The notes beneath the pieces were generated by a model. That model worked only from the letters and a program-made list of their open reading frames with translations. It had not been told where the DNA came from and ran no database searches. Source: Acetobacteraceae bacterium (GTDB lineage: Bacteria > Pseudomonadota > Alphaproteobacteria > Acetobacterales > Acetobacteraceae). Taken from it: a DNA stretch of 64,000 nucleotides. The stretch is taken from the NCBI GenBank assembly GCA_965276785.1, contig OZ255629.1, positions 3,020,391-3,084,390 on the forward strand. Reading direction: 5' to 3'. Position numbers and translations under genes: made by a program. This document shows, one piece after another, positions 9,708-19,438 of the stretch (its first letter is position 1; each line of letters opens with the position of its first letter).

Positions 9708-12700
9708 CGCGACGCCGATGAATTCCGACCCGGCGTTGCCCCCCCGTAGAGGCGCGAGCAGCCCGGCCTCAACCGGGCCGGCCGGGAGCCTGTTCGAGGC
9801 CCAGGTTGCCGCCAGCTACATGCTCGCCATGCTCGCCGGCGCTCCACCCCGCGGCCTGCCGAACGCGCTGGTAGAGAGCGTGCAGGTCCAAGCGGCACCC
9901 GAGGGCTTTCCGCTAGACGATGTCGTTGTGCACGCCCGCGACGCGGCCGGTAGCCCGGCGATACTGGAGATTCAGGTGAAGCGAACGGTGAGCTTCACAC
10001 ACTCCGACCCTGTCTTCGCAGACGTTGTGGGCCAGGCCGTCTCCGCCCGCGGAGACGGCGGTGAACAGGGCCATCATGAGTTGGCGGTGGCGCTGGCACG
10101 GTCGGCCCGAACTGCCTTGGGTCCATGCCATGATGTGCTGATGTGGGCGAGGAACACGACGGCGACCCAACTATTCGCCCGGCTCGCGCTGCGGGGCGTT
10201 GCCAATGAGCCTATGCGGACATTCGCGGAGACGTTCAGGTCCAACCTCGCCAAGGCGGGAGTACCCAGCGACGACGCCACGACCTGGGGGCTATTGCGGA
10301 GGTTCCAGATCCTCCCGTTCGACTTCGACGTGGCTGGCTCCGAATGGGAGCAACTCATGTTGGATCGGGCGCGCCGCTCACTGCACGACGAGGAGGCGCA
10401 TCTTGCCGGGTCGCTATGGTCGAGACTGGTCACCCACGCGCTCGCGCTGGCCACCACTGGCGGTTCAGTTACGACTGGAGAACTCAGGCAGGAGCTGCAT
10501 GAGTTCCGGTTCGCGGGCGAACGGCGCTACGCCGCCGCCCGCCGAGCCGTCGCCGAAGCAGCGCGGCACGCGTATGCTGACATCGACGATGACGTCGGCG
10601 GGGTGATCCTATCCAGGTCCGCCCACCTGGCCGGCCTGAGAGCGTCGATGGACCGCGGGCGCTATGTCGAGGTTCGAGGCGATGCCGGCGTCGGGAAGTC
10701 GGCGCTTCTGCGACACCTGGCTGCCCAATTATCGGCAGAGGCGCGGGTGATATTCCTCTCGCCGGGACGGACTACCCCGGGCGGTTGGCCCGCCATGCGC
10801 GCACAGATCGGGTTCTCCGACGGCGCGGTAGACCTGCTGTCTGACCTCACGGCCTGCGGCGGCGCCGTGCTCTTCCTGGACAACCTCGACAGGTTCAGCC
10901 CGGGCGAACAGACCACTGTCCGGGACCTCGTCCGCGAGGCGTCGACCGTGCCGGGCCTCTTCGTCGTCGCAAGCGCGAGGCGGGAGTTCGGCCTCGAGAC
11001 GCCTTCGTTCATCCCGGACGACGCGGTGGCACGGCTCGGGCGCGCGCCGCCGCTCGTCGTCGACGAGCTCGATGATCAGGACCTCGCCGAGTTGCGGGAC
11101 GGCAGTCCAGAGCTCCGAGGCCTGCTCGACGATCGGCACCCGGCATTGGCTATTACACGCAACCTTTTTCGGCTGGGCAGGCTGGCGAGGAGGCGCTCGC
11201 CAACGGGCGATCCGACGCTACCGCGGACCGAGGCGGAGATGGCCCGGCAGTGGTGGGACACGGGCGGCGACGGTTCCGACGACGGCCCTCTGAGGAGGAA
11301 CCGTCGCCGCCTGCTGCGCCGCCTCGCGATTGAGGTAATCGAAGGGGTCGACCCGCACGACGGGTCGGCCGAACCGTCGCATGTCGTGGATGCTCTTGTG
11401 GCAAGCCAGACGCTACGCGAGCCCAGTCACGACGTTATTGAGTTCCGGCATGACGTGCTGCGGCAGTGGGCGATCGCCAATGTGCTCATGCAGGAGCCGC
11501 AACTGGTCGGTCGTCTGGCGTTGGATCGGGCCCCATCAGCGATCGAGGCGCGGGGTCTCGAGCTGGCCGGCATCGGCAGCCTGGCGCCCGGCGACGGGTC
11601 GACGATCTTCGCCACGCTGCTGGCGGCGGTAAGCCGCGACTGCGCGCATCCAGCATGGCGACGTTCGGTGCTGCTCGCGCCGATGCGTTCAGAGAACCCC
11701 ACGGCGGCGCTCTTGGGAGCGGCGGACCTGCTCGCTGTAGATCGCGCCGCCATACTCAGGGAGTTGGTGCGCGTCGTGAGGGCCGTGGAGGTGACCAGCG
11801 CATCCGACCTGCTTCGTTCCGCGGGTATCGAACCCACTGCCGCCGCATCCGGCGTTGACGTGCCGGTGCTCAACCGCTGGCTACCGCTGGTCGAATACCT
11901 CGTCCAATTCGATGCGCTGCCTGCCGCGACGCTGCTTGAAGTCGTGCCATTCCTTGCGACCTGGTCAGCCTGCACGAGGGGTGCCGACCCCCTCAGTCCC
12001 GCGATCACACGCCGCATGTACGAGTGGCTCGACAGGTTCGAGGCGGGCACGCTCTTCGTCGGTGACGCAGGGTCGGCGGTGGGAGAGTGGCATCGGCGGC
12101 GTGCCCTGGGCAGCGAGATCAGATCCGCGTTCCTGCGTTTTAGCGACACGAGCCCGGACCTCGCCATCGCGTATATCGAGCGTCTTGCGGCCGGCCCCGC
12201 CGACGGACCGATCGTCAAGAGCGTGCTGACAGACAGCGGAAAGCTTGCGTTCGCGGCACCGGACCGGTTGGCCGCCCTCGCTGCACGCTCGATGGTGCCA
12301 CCAAGGGAACCGTCGGGCCGCACGGGACTCCGAGTGGCTCGGACATTCGGTAGCTGGGATTACGAGCTTTATCCTCCATCGCCCCGACAGGGCCCGTTTC
12401 TAAGCTTGTTGGAAGCTGCACCTGAGCACGGGTTGCGGCTGGTGCGCAGGATGGTGGACCATGCAATCCAGGACGACGACCCTGACGGCCAGCCGAACGC
12501 TATCGGCACAGTGCTGATGTTCGACGCCGGCCCGCGGTCATTCGACCATCCGAGATCGTACCGTTTGGCGCGGGAAGCCTCAGGCGGCCCGCTCGCCTCT
12601 GCGCTCATGGCCCTTGAGCAGTGGGGACATCTCCGCCTGGAGCGGAACGATGATGCCCGCGACGTCATTGCGGACGTGCTCGGAGACGGCGTGGCGCCCG

Positions 12701-14787
12701 CGGCCTACCTGCTCGTCGCAGTCGACCTGATCCTCTCACACTGGCCGTCCACCGCGGCGACGTCGGTCCCGTTTCTCGGCTGTCCGACCCTCCTCGCATG
12801 GGACCTCGAGCGGGCGGTCGTCGATGACGCTTCATCGGCCCGGGTGCCCGGATTGGAGGACATGAACCGCAGCGAGACCGATGCCGCGGATGACCTCGCG
12901 GCAAGGCCGTCGAGGAGGACCCGCCTTGACTACAGGCTCGACACCCTAGCGATAGAGGGTCCTGCTGTCGTTCGCGAAGAAGTCGAGCGCCGGCTGCGAT
13001 CCGCTGCGGAGCTGCTTGGGTCGCCGGAGCAAGATGCCACCCTTTCCTGCGCACCGATGATGGCGATGCACGCCCTGAACCGCATTGATCCCGCGAACTG
13101 GCGCAAGATGCATTTGCAGGACGGACGGGTAGGTTGGTCCTACGTCTCACCACAAGCAGAAGAGGAGCATTTCCGGCGGCTGCAGGACATCATGGCCGCC
13201 CGCAACGATGACGACCCACTGCTCTACTTGCCGATATCAGCGGCGCTCGACACCCATCCGGCCAAGCCAGGCGAATTGTCGGCGGCGTGCCTCCGATGGG
13301 CGTTTGGCAAGCTGCCCGGTGAAGAATCGCAGGCGGACCCGTCGCAGATGCGCAATGTCGCAATCGTAGGCGCAGCAATGCTGGTGGTCCGGCACGGAGA
13401 TCAAGGCACGATACTGTCCGCAGTCTCGTGGGCGAGGCAGGTGTTCGACTCGGCCGTCTTGATGCCCGACGATCAAGTCCATCGGACGCGGGCAGGCCTG
13501 GCGTACAACCCCGGCGGTATTGCATTCGCCGGGCGCGTCATGCTTCTTCGCGGTGGAGCTGCTGAGTGCGATGTTGAAGCGATACTGCGGCAGGCGGCCA
13601 GCGGCAACCCGGCCGGTGCCCGTGGTCTCGCGAAGACGGCGGTCGAGCTCGCCACCGCGGACGTGCGGCTCGTCAAGTCTGTCCTGCGCCTTGCCCTGGG
13701 CAGTTGTTGGACCAGTGCACGGGGCTCGTCCTCGAGGCGAGGTCGATTGGGCATGCGGTCCAACGAGGCGATCGCAAAGGCGGTCGGCTTGGAACTGAGT
13801 TGGTTGCGGAGCAATGGCGTCGAGCCACTCTGGCCCGGCTTCCCCATACGTGGTGCAGGTGGAAGTTCTCGAGGGGGAGCAGCTGCAACCCGCGCGGGCT
13901 TCGTCGATCAGCAGGCAGCGGCCCTGTGGCTCGATGCGATCCGCGAATTGTTCGACGCGGTAGTCCATCCATGGATGCGGGACTTGGCCGAGGCCTATGC
14001 CCCTTGGACATGGGAGGCGAACGGACAAGGCAGCGAGGATGAGGATTGCGGCGACCGCCCTGACGAGTGGAACGACGTTTTTCTCGAACTACTCGGACGC
14101 CTCGGGCCGGCGCTGCAGGCGCCTGACATGGACAGGTTGGCGCTGGAACCGCTCGTGGAACTGCCCGACAGGTCATTCCTGTGCGCCGTCCCGTCATTCC
14201 TCTACGGCGTCCACTACGCCCATTTCGGGGATGGCGGGCTCGCGGCCGCCGAGGCGGCACGGATCCGCGTCGCAGTGGCGCAACGCCTTGCCAAGTCGTC
14301 CGGTTGGCGCCGCATGGCGCGCGATCTGTCCGATGGTGTCGAGCACACGCTGGGGCCGGCGGTCGCAGCCCTCTTCTTCGCGCACCAGGGACCGCTTCAG
14401 CCCATCCAGACCTATCTCAACCCGGCGGGCATCGCGCGGCTCGACCCATTCCTGCCGCTGCTCATTGAGCTCGCGTCAGAGGCGCCCTGCCTCTACGTCG
14501 CGCGCCTGCTCCTGCAGTTGCTGTCTGTCCATGCCGAACCCCGCCATATCGCCGGGTTGCTGCGAGTCTCCCGGATATGGATCGAGAACCAGCCTCCGGA
14601 AGCTGCATTCTGGTTGGACTACGGAGTTGGAGGTTCGTTCTGCCGCTACATCCGCGATGCGCTCGCTGGGCCAGACGTAGACGCTGTCGTAACGGATACG
14701 ATCCGACGAGAACTGCAGGGGCAAGTTGCGGATCTGGTCCGGTTCGGGGTGTCCGAGGCTAGCCGGCTCGAGAAGGAACTGGCGTAG
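9688..14787 (+). CDS. Giant (~1,700 aa) putative nuclease-NTPase (ORF C). It has an N-terminal Mrr/Cap4-like PD-(D/E)xK module, a NACHT/STAND-like P-loop and a ~1,250-aa helical C-terminal region.
   Basis: PLDDVVVHARDAAGSPAILEIQVKR (9916-9981) fits a D...(E/Q)xK nuclease signature. Walker A GDAGVGKS is at 10678-10701 and Walker B-like VLFLDNLDRF at ~10870-10893. The start is ambiguous: ATG 9688 overlaps the ORF B stop by 20 nt, ATG 9718 lies 10 nt after it, and the track start is GTG 9670. Confidence 0.8.
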   Translation: MTRTEDDATPMNSDPALPPRRGASSPASTGPAGSLFEAQVAASYMLAMLAGAPPRGLPNALVESVQVQAAPEGFPLDDVVVHARDAAGSPAILEIQVKRTVSFTHSDPVFADVVGQAVSARGDGGEQGHHELAVALARSARTALGPCHDVLMWARNTTATQLFARLALRGVANEPMRTFAETFRSNLAKAGVPSDDATTWGLLRRFQILPFDFDVAGSEWEQLMLDRARRSLHDEEAHLAGSLWSRLVTHALALATTGGSVTTGELRQELHEFRFAGERRYAAARRAVAEAARHAYADIDDDVGGVILSRSAHLAGLRASMDRGRYVEVRGDAGVGKSALLRHLAAQLSAEARVIFLSPGRTTPGGWPAMRAQIGFSDGAVDLLSDLTACGGAVLFLDNLDRFSPGEQTTVRDLVREASTVPGLFVVASARREFGLETPSFIPDDAVARLGRAPPLVVDELDDQDLAELRDGSPELRGLLDDRHPALAITRNLFRLGRLARRRSPTGDPTLPRTEAEMARQWWDTGGDGSDDGPLRRNRRRLLRRLAIEVIEGVDPHDGSAEPSHVVDALVASQTLREPSHDVIEFRHDVLRQWAIANVLMQEPQLVGRLALDRAPSAIEARGLELAGIGSLAPGDGSTIFATLLAAVSRDCAHPAWRRSVLLAPMRSENPTAALLGAADLLAVDRAAILRELVRVVRAVEVTSASDLLRSAGIEPTAAASGVDVPVLNRWLPLVEYLVQFDALPAATLLEVVPFLATWSACTRGADPLSPAITRRMYEWLDRFEAGTLFVGDAGSAVGEWHRRRALGSEIRSAFLRFSDTSPDLAIAYIERLAAGPADGPIVKSVLTDSGKLAFAAPDRLAALAARSMVPPREPSGRTGLRVARTFGSWDYELYPPSPRQGPFLSLLEAAPEHGLRLVRRMVDHAIQDDDPDGQPNAIGTVLMFDAGPRSFDHPRSYRLAREASGGPLASALMALEQWGHLRLERNDDARDVIADVLGDGVAPAAYLLVAVDLILSHWPSTAATSVPFLGCPTLLAWDLERAVVDDASSARVPGLEDMNRSETDAADDLAARPSRRTRLDYRLDTLAIEGPAVVREEVERRLRSAAELLGSPEQDATLSCAPMMAMHALNRIDPANWRKMHLQDGRVGWSYVSPQAEEEHFRRLQDIMAARNDDDPLLYLPISAALDTHPAKPGELSAACLRWAFGKLPGEESQADPSQMRNVAIVGAAMLVVRHGDQGTILSAVSWARQVFDSAVLMPDDQVHRTRAGLAYNPGGIAFAGRVMLLRGGAAECDVEAILRQAASGNPAGARGLAKTAVELATADVRLVKSVLRLALGSCWTSARGSSSRRGRLGMRSNEAIAKAVGLELSWLRSNGVEPLWPGFPIRGAGGSSRGGAAATRAGFVDQQAAALWLDAIRELFDAVVHPWMRDLAEAYAPWTWEANGQGSEDEDCGDRPDEWNDVFLELLGRLGPALQAPDMDRLALEPLVELPDRSFLCAVPSFLYGVHYAHFGDGGLAAAEAARIRVAVAQRLAKSSGWRRMARDLSDGVEHTLGPAVAALFFAHQGPLQPIQTYLNPAGIARLDPFLPLLIELASEAPCLYVARLLLQLLSVHAEPRHIAGLLRVSRIWIENQPPEAAFWLDYGVGGSFCRYIRDALAGPDVDAVVTDTIRRELQGQVADLVRFGVSEASRLEKELA

Positions 14788-14834
14788 GAACCTCGCTCAT
14801 ACCGAAGTCGGTAGAGCCCTTACCGACGAGATCT

Positions 14835-15719
14835 TTAGGGGAGGCTCAATGTTCTGCTGCACGACCTCTCGACCCGGCCATTCTGCAGGGTATTCAGCTC
14901 GATGGTGTGCGCCCATCCGTCGTATCGGGCCCGCGTGCCCCATAGCGCTGGGTCCTTCCAGTCCGGCGCGCCCTCGCGAACGCCGCCATCGTTGATCGTC
15001 TCGGCGCAGAGCTTGCCGATGGAACGCGACATGACGAGCCTGCCACCCTCGACCACGCCCACCTTGGCCGGGCAGACCGCGTAATCCCGCGTCGACGCCG
15101 CGCTGTTCGGCCCGTCGTCGCAGGCGGTGGCGCCAAGTTGCGCGATCGACACGATGATGGTCCGCGGGCCGTCGGGGAACGAGACGGAGTAGGTCGGCAA
15201 CGTGCCGCCTTGGCCGTCCGGGGGATTGTCGATCTCGTTGCGCCACAGGGCGGCCTCGGCATCGGGGTTCCGCTCGGCCTTGGTATGATAGCGGAGCGTC
15301 AGGAACTGCCATCCGACCTGCGGGTGGCCGGGCGGGACCTCCGGGCCCCGGGGCTCGTGCGACGCCGGCGGAAACGACGCCACGGTCCCGGCAGCGGCAG
15401 TGGCATCGGCGCCGACGATGTGGCCACGGGACGCCATGCAGTCGGCGAAGACGGCATCATACGATGCTTGGATCTGGCTATTGTTGGCCGCGATCTGTTG
15501 CGGGGTCGCGCCGGGCCCGTTGAGCCTGTCCGCAACGGGCTGGAGCTGCCGGTCGGTCAGCCTCCCGCAGCTCGTCCGGTCGTCATCGAAGGCGGCCTGC
15601 GACTTACCCGGCCCCGGCTCCACGTGCACGGTCGGTTTGATGACCGCACACGACGCGGACATGAGCGCCAGCAGCAACGCAGCCGCGCGCGGCGCTCCCC
15701 CGCGGCAAGCGCGACGCAT
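14835..15719 (-). CDS. Probable exported protein or lipoprotein (294 aa)
   Basis: An internal ATG at 15719 in ORF 14835..16301 gives MRRACRGGAPRAAALLLALMSASCAVIK, a signal peptide ending in Cys. The sequence upstream in the same ORF is R/G-rich junk. Confidence 0.65.
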   Translation of the reverse strand: MRRACRGGAPRAAALLLALMSASCAVIKPTVHVEPGPGKSQAAFDDDRTSCGRLTDRQLQPVADRLNGPGATPQQIAANNSQIQASYDAVFADCMASRGHIVGADATAAAGTVASFPPASHEPRGPEVPPGHPQVGWQFLTLRYHTKAERNPDAEAALWRNEIDNPPDGQGGTLPTYSVSFPDGPRTIIVSIAQLGATACDDGPNSAASTRDYAVCPAKVGVVEGGRLVMSRSIGKLCAETINDGGVREGAPDWKDPALWGTRARYDGWAHTIELNTLQNGRVERSCSRTLSLP

Positions 15720-15775
15720 GCTCCCTCGCCTGGGGATTCCGTGATCGCCACCCGGAACATGCGTCGAGGACGCGT

Positions 15776-16339
15776 TCACTCCCCGCCCTGCCCCAGCCAC
15801 ACCAACTCCTCCGGCGGCGCTTCCTCCAACATCAGCAAGGTCAGCGACGCCACGAATACCGCATCGTGCTCGGCCTGCGATTGCCCGGGGTCGGACCCGG
15901 CCCGACCGATCTCGATTGCCATCCCCATCGCGGCCATCGCCATCGCGGCCACGGGCATCGATGTCCACAGCCGCTCGGCAGCGACCAGTGCGCAGATGAT
16001 GGGGGTGCCGCGCCTCACCTCGTCCGGCAACGTCGCCCGCGCATCCGGATGAGCGACGACGATCGCGTCTGGCGGCTGCGGCGCCCACACCGCCCGGTCG
16101 AGACGACCGCCGGCGATGAACGGCAGCGACGCCTCCATGCGGCCGGAGGCCCGGGCATCGTATCGCGCGGACATGGGCCGGCCCAGCCCCGAGCCGAAGA
16201 TCGGGTCCGTGCGCAGGTCGATCCGGCCCACGCTGCGGATCGAGCCGGCCAAGCGCCCGTCCAGCTCGAAGCTCATGACCCGCAACCTGGTCTTGGGCCA
16301 CAGGCCTCGCCGCACGCTCACGGCGGCGGTCTCAATCAC
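15776..16339 (-). CDS. Hypothetical protein (~187 aa)
   Basis: GTG at 16339 overlaps the stop of the upstream 751-aa gene (GTGATTGA). An alternative ATG is at 16276 (MSFELDGRL). Confidence 0.45.
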   Translation of the reverse strand: MIETAAVSVRRGLWPKTRLRVMSFELDGRLAGSIRSVGRIDLRTDPIFGSGLGRPMSARYDARASGRMEASLPFIAGGRLDRAVWAPQPPDAIVVAHPDARATLPDEVRRGTPIICALVAAERLWTSMPVAAMAMAAMGMAIEIGRAGSDPGQSQAEHDAVFVASLTLLMLEEAPPEELVWLGQGGE

Positions 16340-18587
16340 CGGCCGCCTGCCTGCGGAACGCCTTCTTGGCGGCGTCGCAGGCCTGGGCATCGACCATGTC
16401 CCGGCGCGCCTGCTCGGCCAGCAGGCCGCCGGTCAAGGGCAGGTCCTCGAACAGCGCGAGGGCGACGGCGCTGACCCTCGCGGCCTGGCCGCCCCGGTAG
16501 GCCTCCTCTACCGGCATGGCCAGGCATTCGATGGTCTCCAGCGGTCCGTCGAGCCCGGGGAGGTTCGGCAAGCCGGTGACCTCCAGGTCGACGATCCGGT
16601 CGCCGCGCGTGCTCTCCGCGAGCGCGCCCTCGATCGCGGGCGCCGTCCGCCCGAACGCGGCGACGCGCAGGCTCCGCGCCGTCCCCAAGCCCAGGATCCG
16701 CGTGGTGTGCACGAACGTCACCTGTAGCCCATCGACTGCCGCCGCCCTGACCAGCTCTGTGGGATCGACCTCCCGCAACTCGCCCTGCTTGGACCGGACC
16801 GCCAGGTGCTGGCCGGCGGCGAACATGCCGGGCACGTTCGCCGCGGCCACGGCCGACGCCACGCGCCGCTCGATGGTCTGGGCGTGCCCGTCCCGGCACG
16901 CCGCCTCGATCCATGATGCCGCCTCCATCGCACCCAAGGACGGCTTGGCGGCGGTCGCCTCACGCCATCGCCTGGATTGCGCCCAGTTGCGCTCTGGGCC
17001 GATGACGATCGCCATCACGTCGTCGACCGTCCGGCGGTAATGGTCGATGCACATGCGTGTGGCGGTCGCCGGCTCGATGCCGGTTGCGACGGCGAAGGAA
17101 TGCTCGATCCGGGCGACGCCCCCGGCCGCCGCGGCCTTGCGGAGGGGCCCCATGGCTGAATCGTAGGCGGCCTGGAACGCGGCGGGGTAGGCGGACACGG
17201 CGTATGGGTCCTCGCGCCCGTCGATCCACGCCGTCCCGCCCGGGGCGGCCGGGAACCAGTGTCTGGCCTCCCATCCTTCCAGGGCGTCCGGCTCGGGGCG
17301 GCTGGCCGCGACCGCCGCCGCCAGGTGCTTGTCCATCACCGCCTGCAGCACGCCCGTCGCGGCCGTCAGGCAATCGCGTCGCAGGCCGGCGGACTGATCC
17401 GCGTCGAGGCCCGCCAATGGGAAGGCGCCGGCGTCGTAGTGGTTGACCGGGGCCGGGAAGTGCGGGGCCAGCGTCCCGGCGCAAGCCGCCGTCGGCGTGC
17501 GGACGATGCGGGCATCATCGACCCTGCCGTTCCGGACGCGGTCGGCTTCGGCATCGAAGGTCGCGACCACGGTGTGGCGGATGCGCTCCAACATGACCGG
17601 GATCTGCCGCGCGGCCGCCTCCATGCACGCCTGCCCCAATCCCCGCGCCACCTGCGTCGATGCGGGAAGCCCAGCCAGCGGGCCGGCGTAGGGTCCCAGG
17701 AGGCCGCGGCAGTCGATGTCCGGAGGGAGCACGACGTCGGTGGCGGCACGCCGTGCCAGCAACTCCGCCAACAGCGCCCGGAGCTTCGGACCCGCCGCCT
17801 CGAACCTTGCCTTGAGCCGATCCTGGAACGCCGCATCGAGCGGCTCGAACCGGAGCGGGGCGAGCCGCTCCCCCGGGAGGACGGAACGTGCCAGCTGCAG
17901 GCCGGCGGTATCGCCCGCCCTATCCATGACGGGTGCCGGCGGGCTGCCCAGCGAGGGCAGGTCCGGGATGAGGGCGAGGTCCGCCAGGCGCCGGACGAGG
18001 ACGGCGATGAATACATCGCGGTCCTCGATGCAGTGCCTCCACAAGGCCGTCGCCAGGTCCGGCATAGGGGAACCCGCCGCTTGCGCGATCCATCGGCAGT
18101 AGGTGACGGGTGACGCCGCCACCTGGGGGAGCACGATCGACCCGGCCGCCTCGACCGCCGCCGTGAGCTCGGCGAAGCGCGCATCGAGCTCGGCCTGCAG
18201 GAGCGGGGCCGCCGCCCGCACCTTCGCCAGGATCGCCGCCGCGTTAGCGGCCGCGTCCGGGCTGGTCTCCGGGGGGAGCGGCGGCCGGTCCGGTGGCGGA
18301 TGCAGGGTGCCCGGGGGCGAGTAGAAGTGGAAGAGCGCCGCCTGATCCAGCGTCGGGTCCGACGCCAGCATCGATCTCGTGTAGGCGCGCGTCCGGTCCT
18401 GCCCGGTTATGACGTGCGGCAACTCGTCATCGGCCTCGCGGTGGACGGACGGCGCGATCGGCTGGCCCGGCTGCCGCCCCCAAGAAGCATCCACCCCGGG
18501 GTTGCCGAGCACGAACTCGGCCGACAGCGCGGGCAGCGGCATGGCTCCGACGAGCGCGCCCAGCGCGGCACGCCTCAGCCATCGCAT
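16332..18587 (-). CDS. Large secreted protein of unknown function (751 aa)
   Basis: ATG at 18587 gives MRWLRRAALGALVGAMPLPALSAEF, a Sec-type signal peptide. The upstream part of track ORF 16332..18851 looks non-coding. Confidence 0.7.
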   Translation of the reverse strand: MRWLRRAALGALVGAMPLPALSAEFVLGNPGVDASWGRQPGQPIAPSVHREADDELPHVITGQDRTRAYTRSMLASDPTLDQAALFHFYSPPGTLHPPPDRPPLPPETSPDAAANAAAILAKVRAAAPLLQAELDARFAELTAAVEAAGSIVLPQVAASPVTYCRWIAQAAGSPMPDLATALWRHCIEDRDVFIAVLVRRLADLALIPDLPSLGSPPAPVMDRAGDTAGLQLARSVLPGERLAPLRFEPLDAAFQDRLKARFEAAGPKLRALLAELLARRAATDVVLPPDIDCRGLLGPYAGPLAGLPASTQVARGLGQACMEAAARQIPVMLERIRHTVVATFDAEADRVRNGRVDDARIVRTPTAACAGTLAPHFPAPVNHYDAGAFPLAGLDADQSAGLRRDCLTAATGVLQAVMDKHLAAAVAASRPEPDALEGWEARHWFPAAPGGTAWIDGREDPYAVSAYPAAFQAAYDSAMGPLRKAAAAGGVARIEHSFAVATGIEPATATRMCIDHYRRTVDDVMAIVIGPERNWAQSRRWREATAAKPSLGAMEAASWIEAACRDGHAQTIERRVASAVAAANVPGMFAAGQHLAVRSKQGELREVDPTELVRAAAVDGLQVTFVHTTRILGLGTARSLRVAAFGRTAPAIEGALAESTRGDRIVDLEVTGLPNLPGLDGPLETIECLAMPVEEAYRGGQAARVSAVALALFEDLPLTGGLLAEQARRDMVDAQACDAAKKAFRRQAAGD

Positions 18588-18841
18588 CCCGTGAGATCCG
18601 ATGACCCTGGTGCTCGATGACTGCGGGACGCCCGCGCGGATCGGCGCGGCCGGGAGGAGCGCATCCGCGCGGGAACGCGCCCCTCCGCCACACCTAGCCG
18701 CACCATACGGGACCTTTCCCCGCTGGACCGGACCCCGCCAAGCCTCGCCGGGTCCGGCTTGGTAGCGGCCATCGCACACCCGAGGCAACTCGCACGAGGC
18801 GCGGGTCGGAACGGCCGCCGATGGACCGGTCGCGAACGCCG

Positions 18842-19438
18842 TCACGGGCACTGCCCGGCGGTCGCGGGCATGGGTTCGGCCCAGAACCTACCGAACTTCG
18901 GCCGCCAGTCACCGAGACCGATCTGCTCGCCGGCGACGGCAACGAACCTGCGGATCTCCTGGGGGTCCAGGATCGAAGGCAGGTAATCGACCACCAGCTC
19001 CGCCGACCAATCCGTGAACTTCGGCCTCGTGCGCATGATCCGGCTGCCGCCGACGCGCACCCCGACCCGCAGGCGGAAGCGACCATCCGCCCACAGCGCG
19101 GCCGGGTCCGATGGACCATCGTAGCGGAGGCGGAGGTCATCCCTCACGACCAGCCCGGCGCGCGCCTTCGCAGCGCGCCTTTCCTGGCCCGCCGCTCTGG
19201 TCAGCGACGCCTCCACCATCTCGCCCGGGATGCAGGGCGAGCCGGAGCTGGTGTACATGCTTCCCAGGAACTCGAGCTCGGCCAGACGAAGGTGGTCCGC
19301 CTCGGTCTTCCGCCGCCGGCCCGCGACCTCCGCTATCGCCCGGGCGTGCTCATCCAACGGATCCGCGAGGCGACCGGAATGCATGAGCAGGGGTGCGGCG
19401 GACGTGATCTCGAAGCGCAATGACCGGTAGGCGCTCAT
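18842..19438 (-). CDS. Hypothetical protein (198 aa) with a C-terminal glycine-rich loop
   Basis: ATG at 19438 gives MSAYRSLRFEITSAAPLLMHSGRL. The C-terminus is GEQIGLGDWRPKFGRFWAE. The ORF is well-formed and overlaps the 3' end of the HNH ORF by 89 nt. Confidence 0.6.
   Translation of the reverse strand: MSAYRSLRFEITSAAPLLMHSGRLADPLDEHARAIAEVAGRRRKTEADHLRLAELEFLGSMYTSSGSPCIPGEMVEASLTRAAGQERRAAKARAGLVVRDDLRLRYDGPSDPAALWADGRFRLRVGVRVGGSRIMRTRPKFTDWSAELVVDYLPSILDPQEIRRFVAVAGEQIGLGDWRPKFGRFWAEPMPATAGQCP

Noticed and set aside
14835-16301. A 488-aa ORF as one gene, and the 839-aa ORF 16332..18851 as one gene
   Set aside because: In both cases the N-terminal third is R/G/D-rich junk. A clean signal peptide follows an internal ATG (15719 and 18587 respectively), so the shorter forms are annotated.
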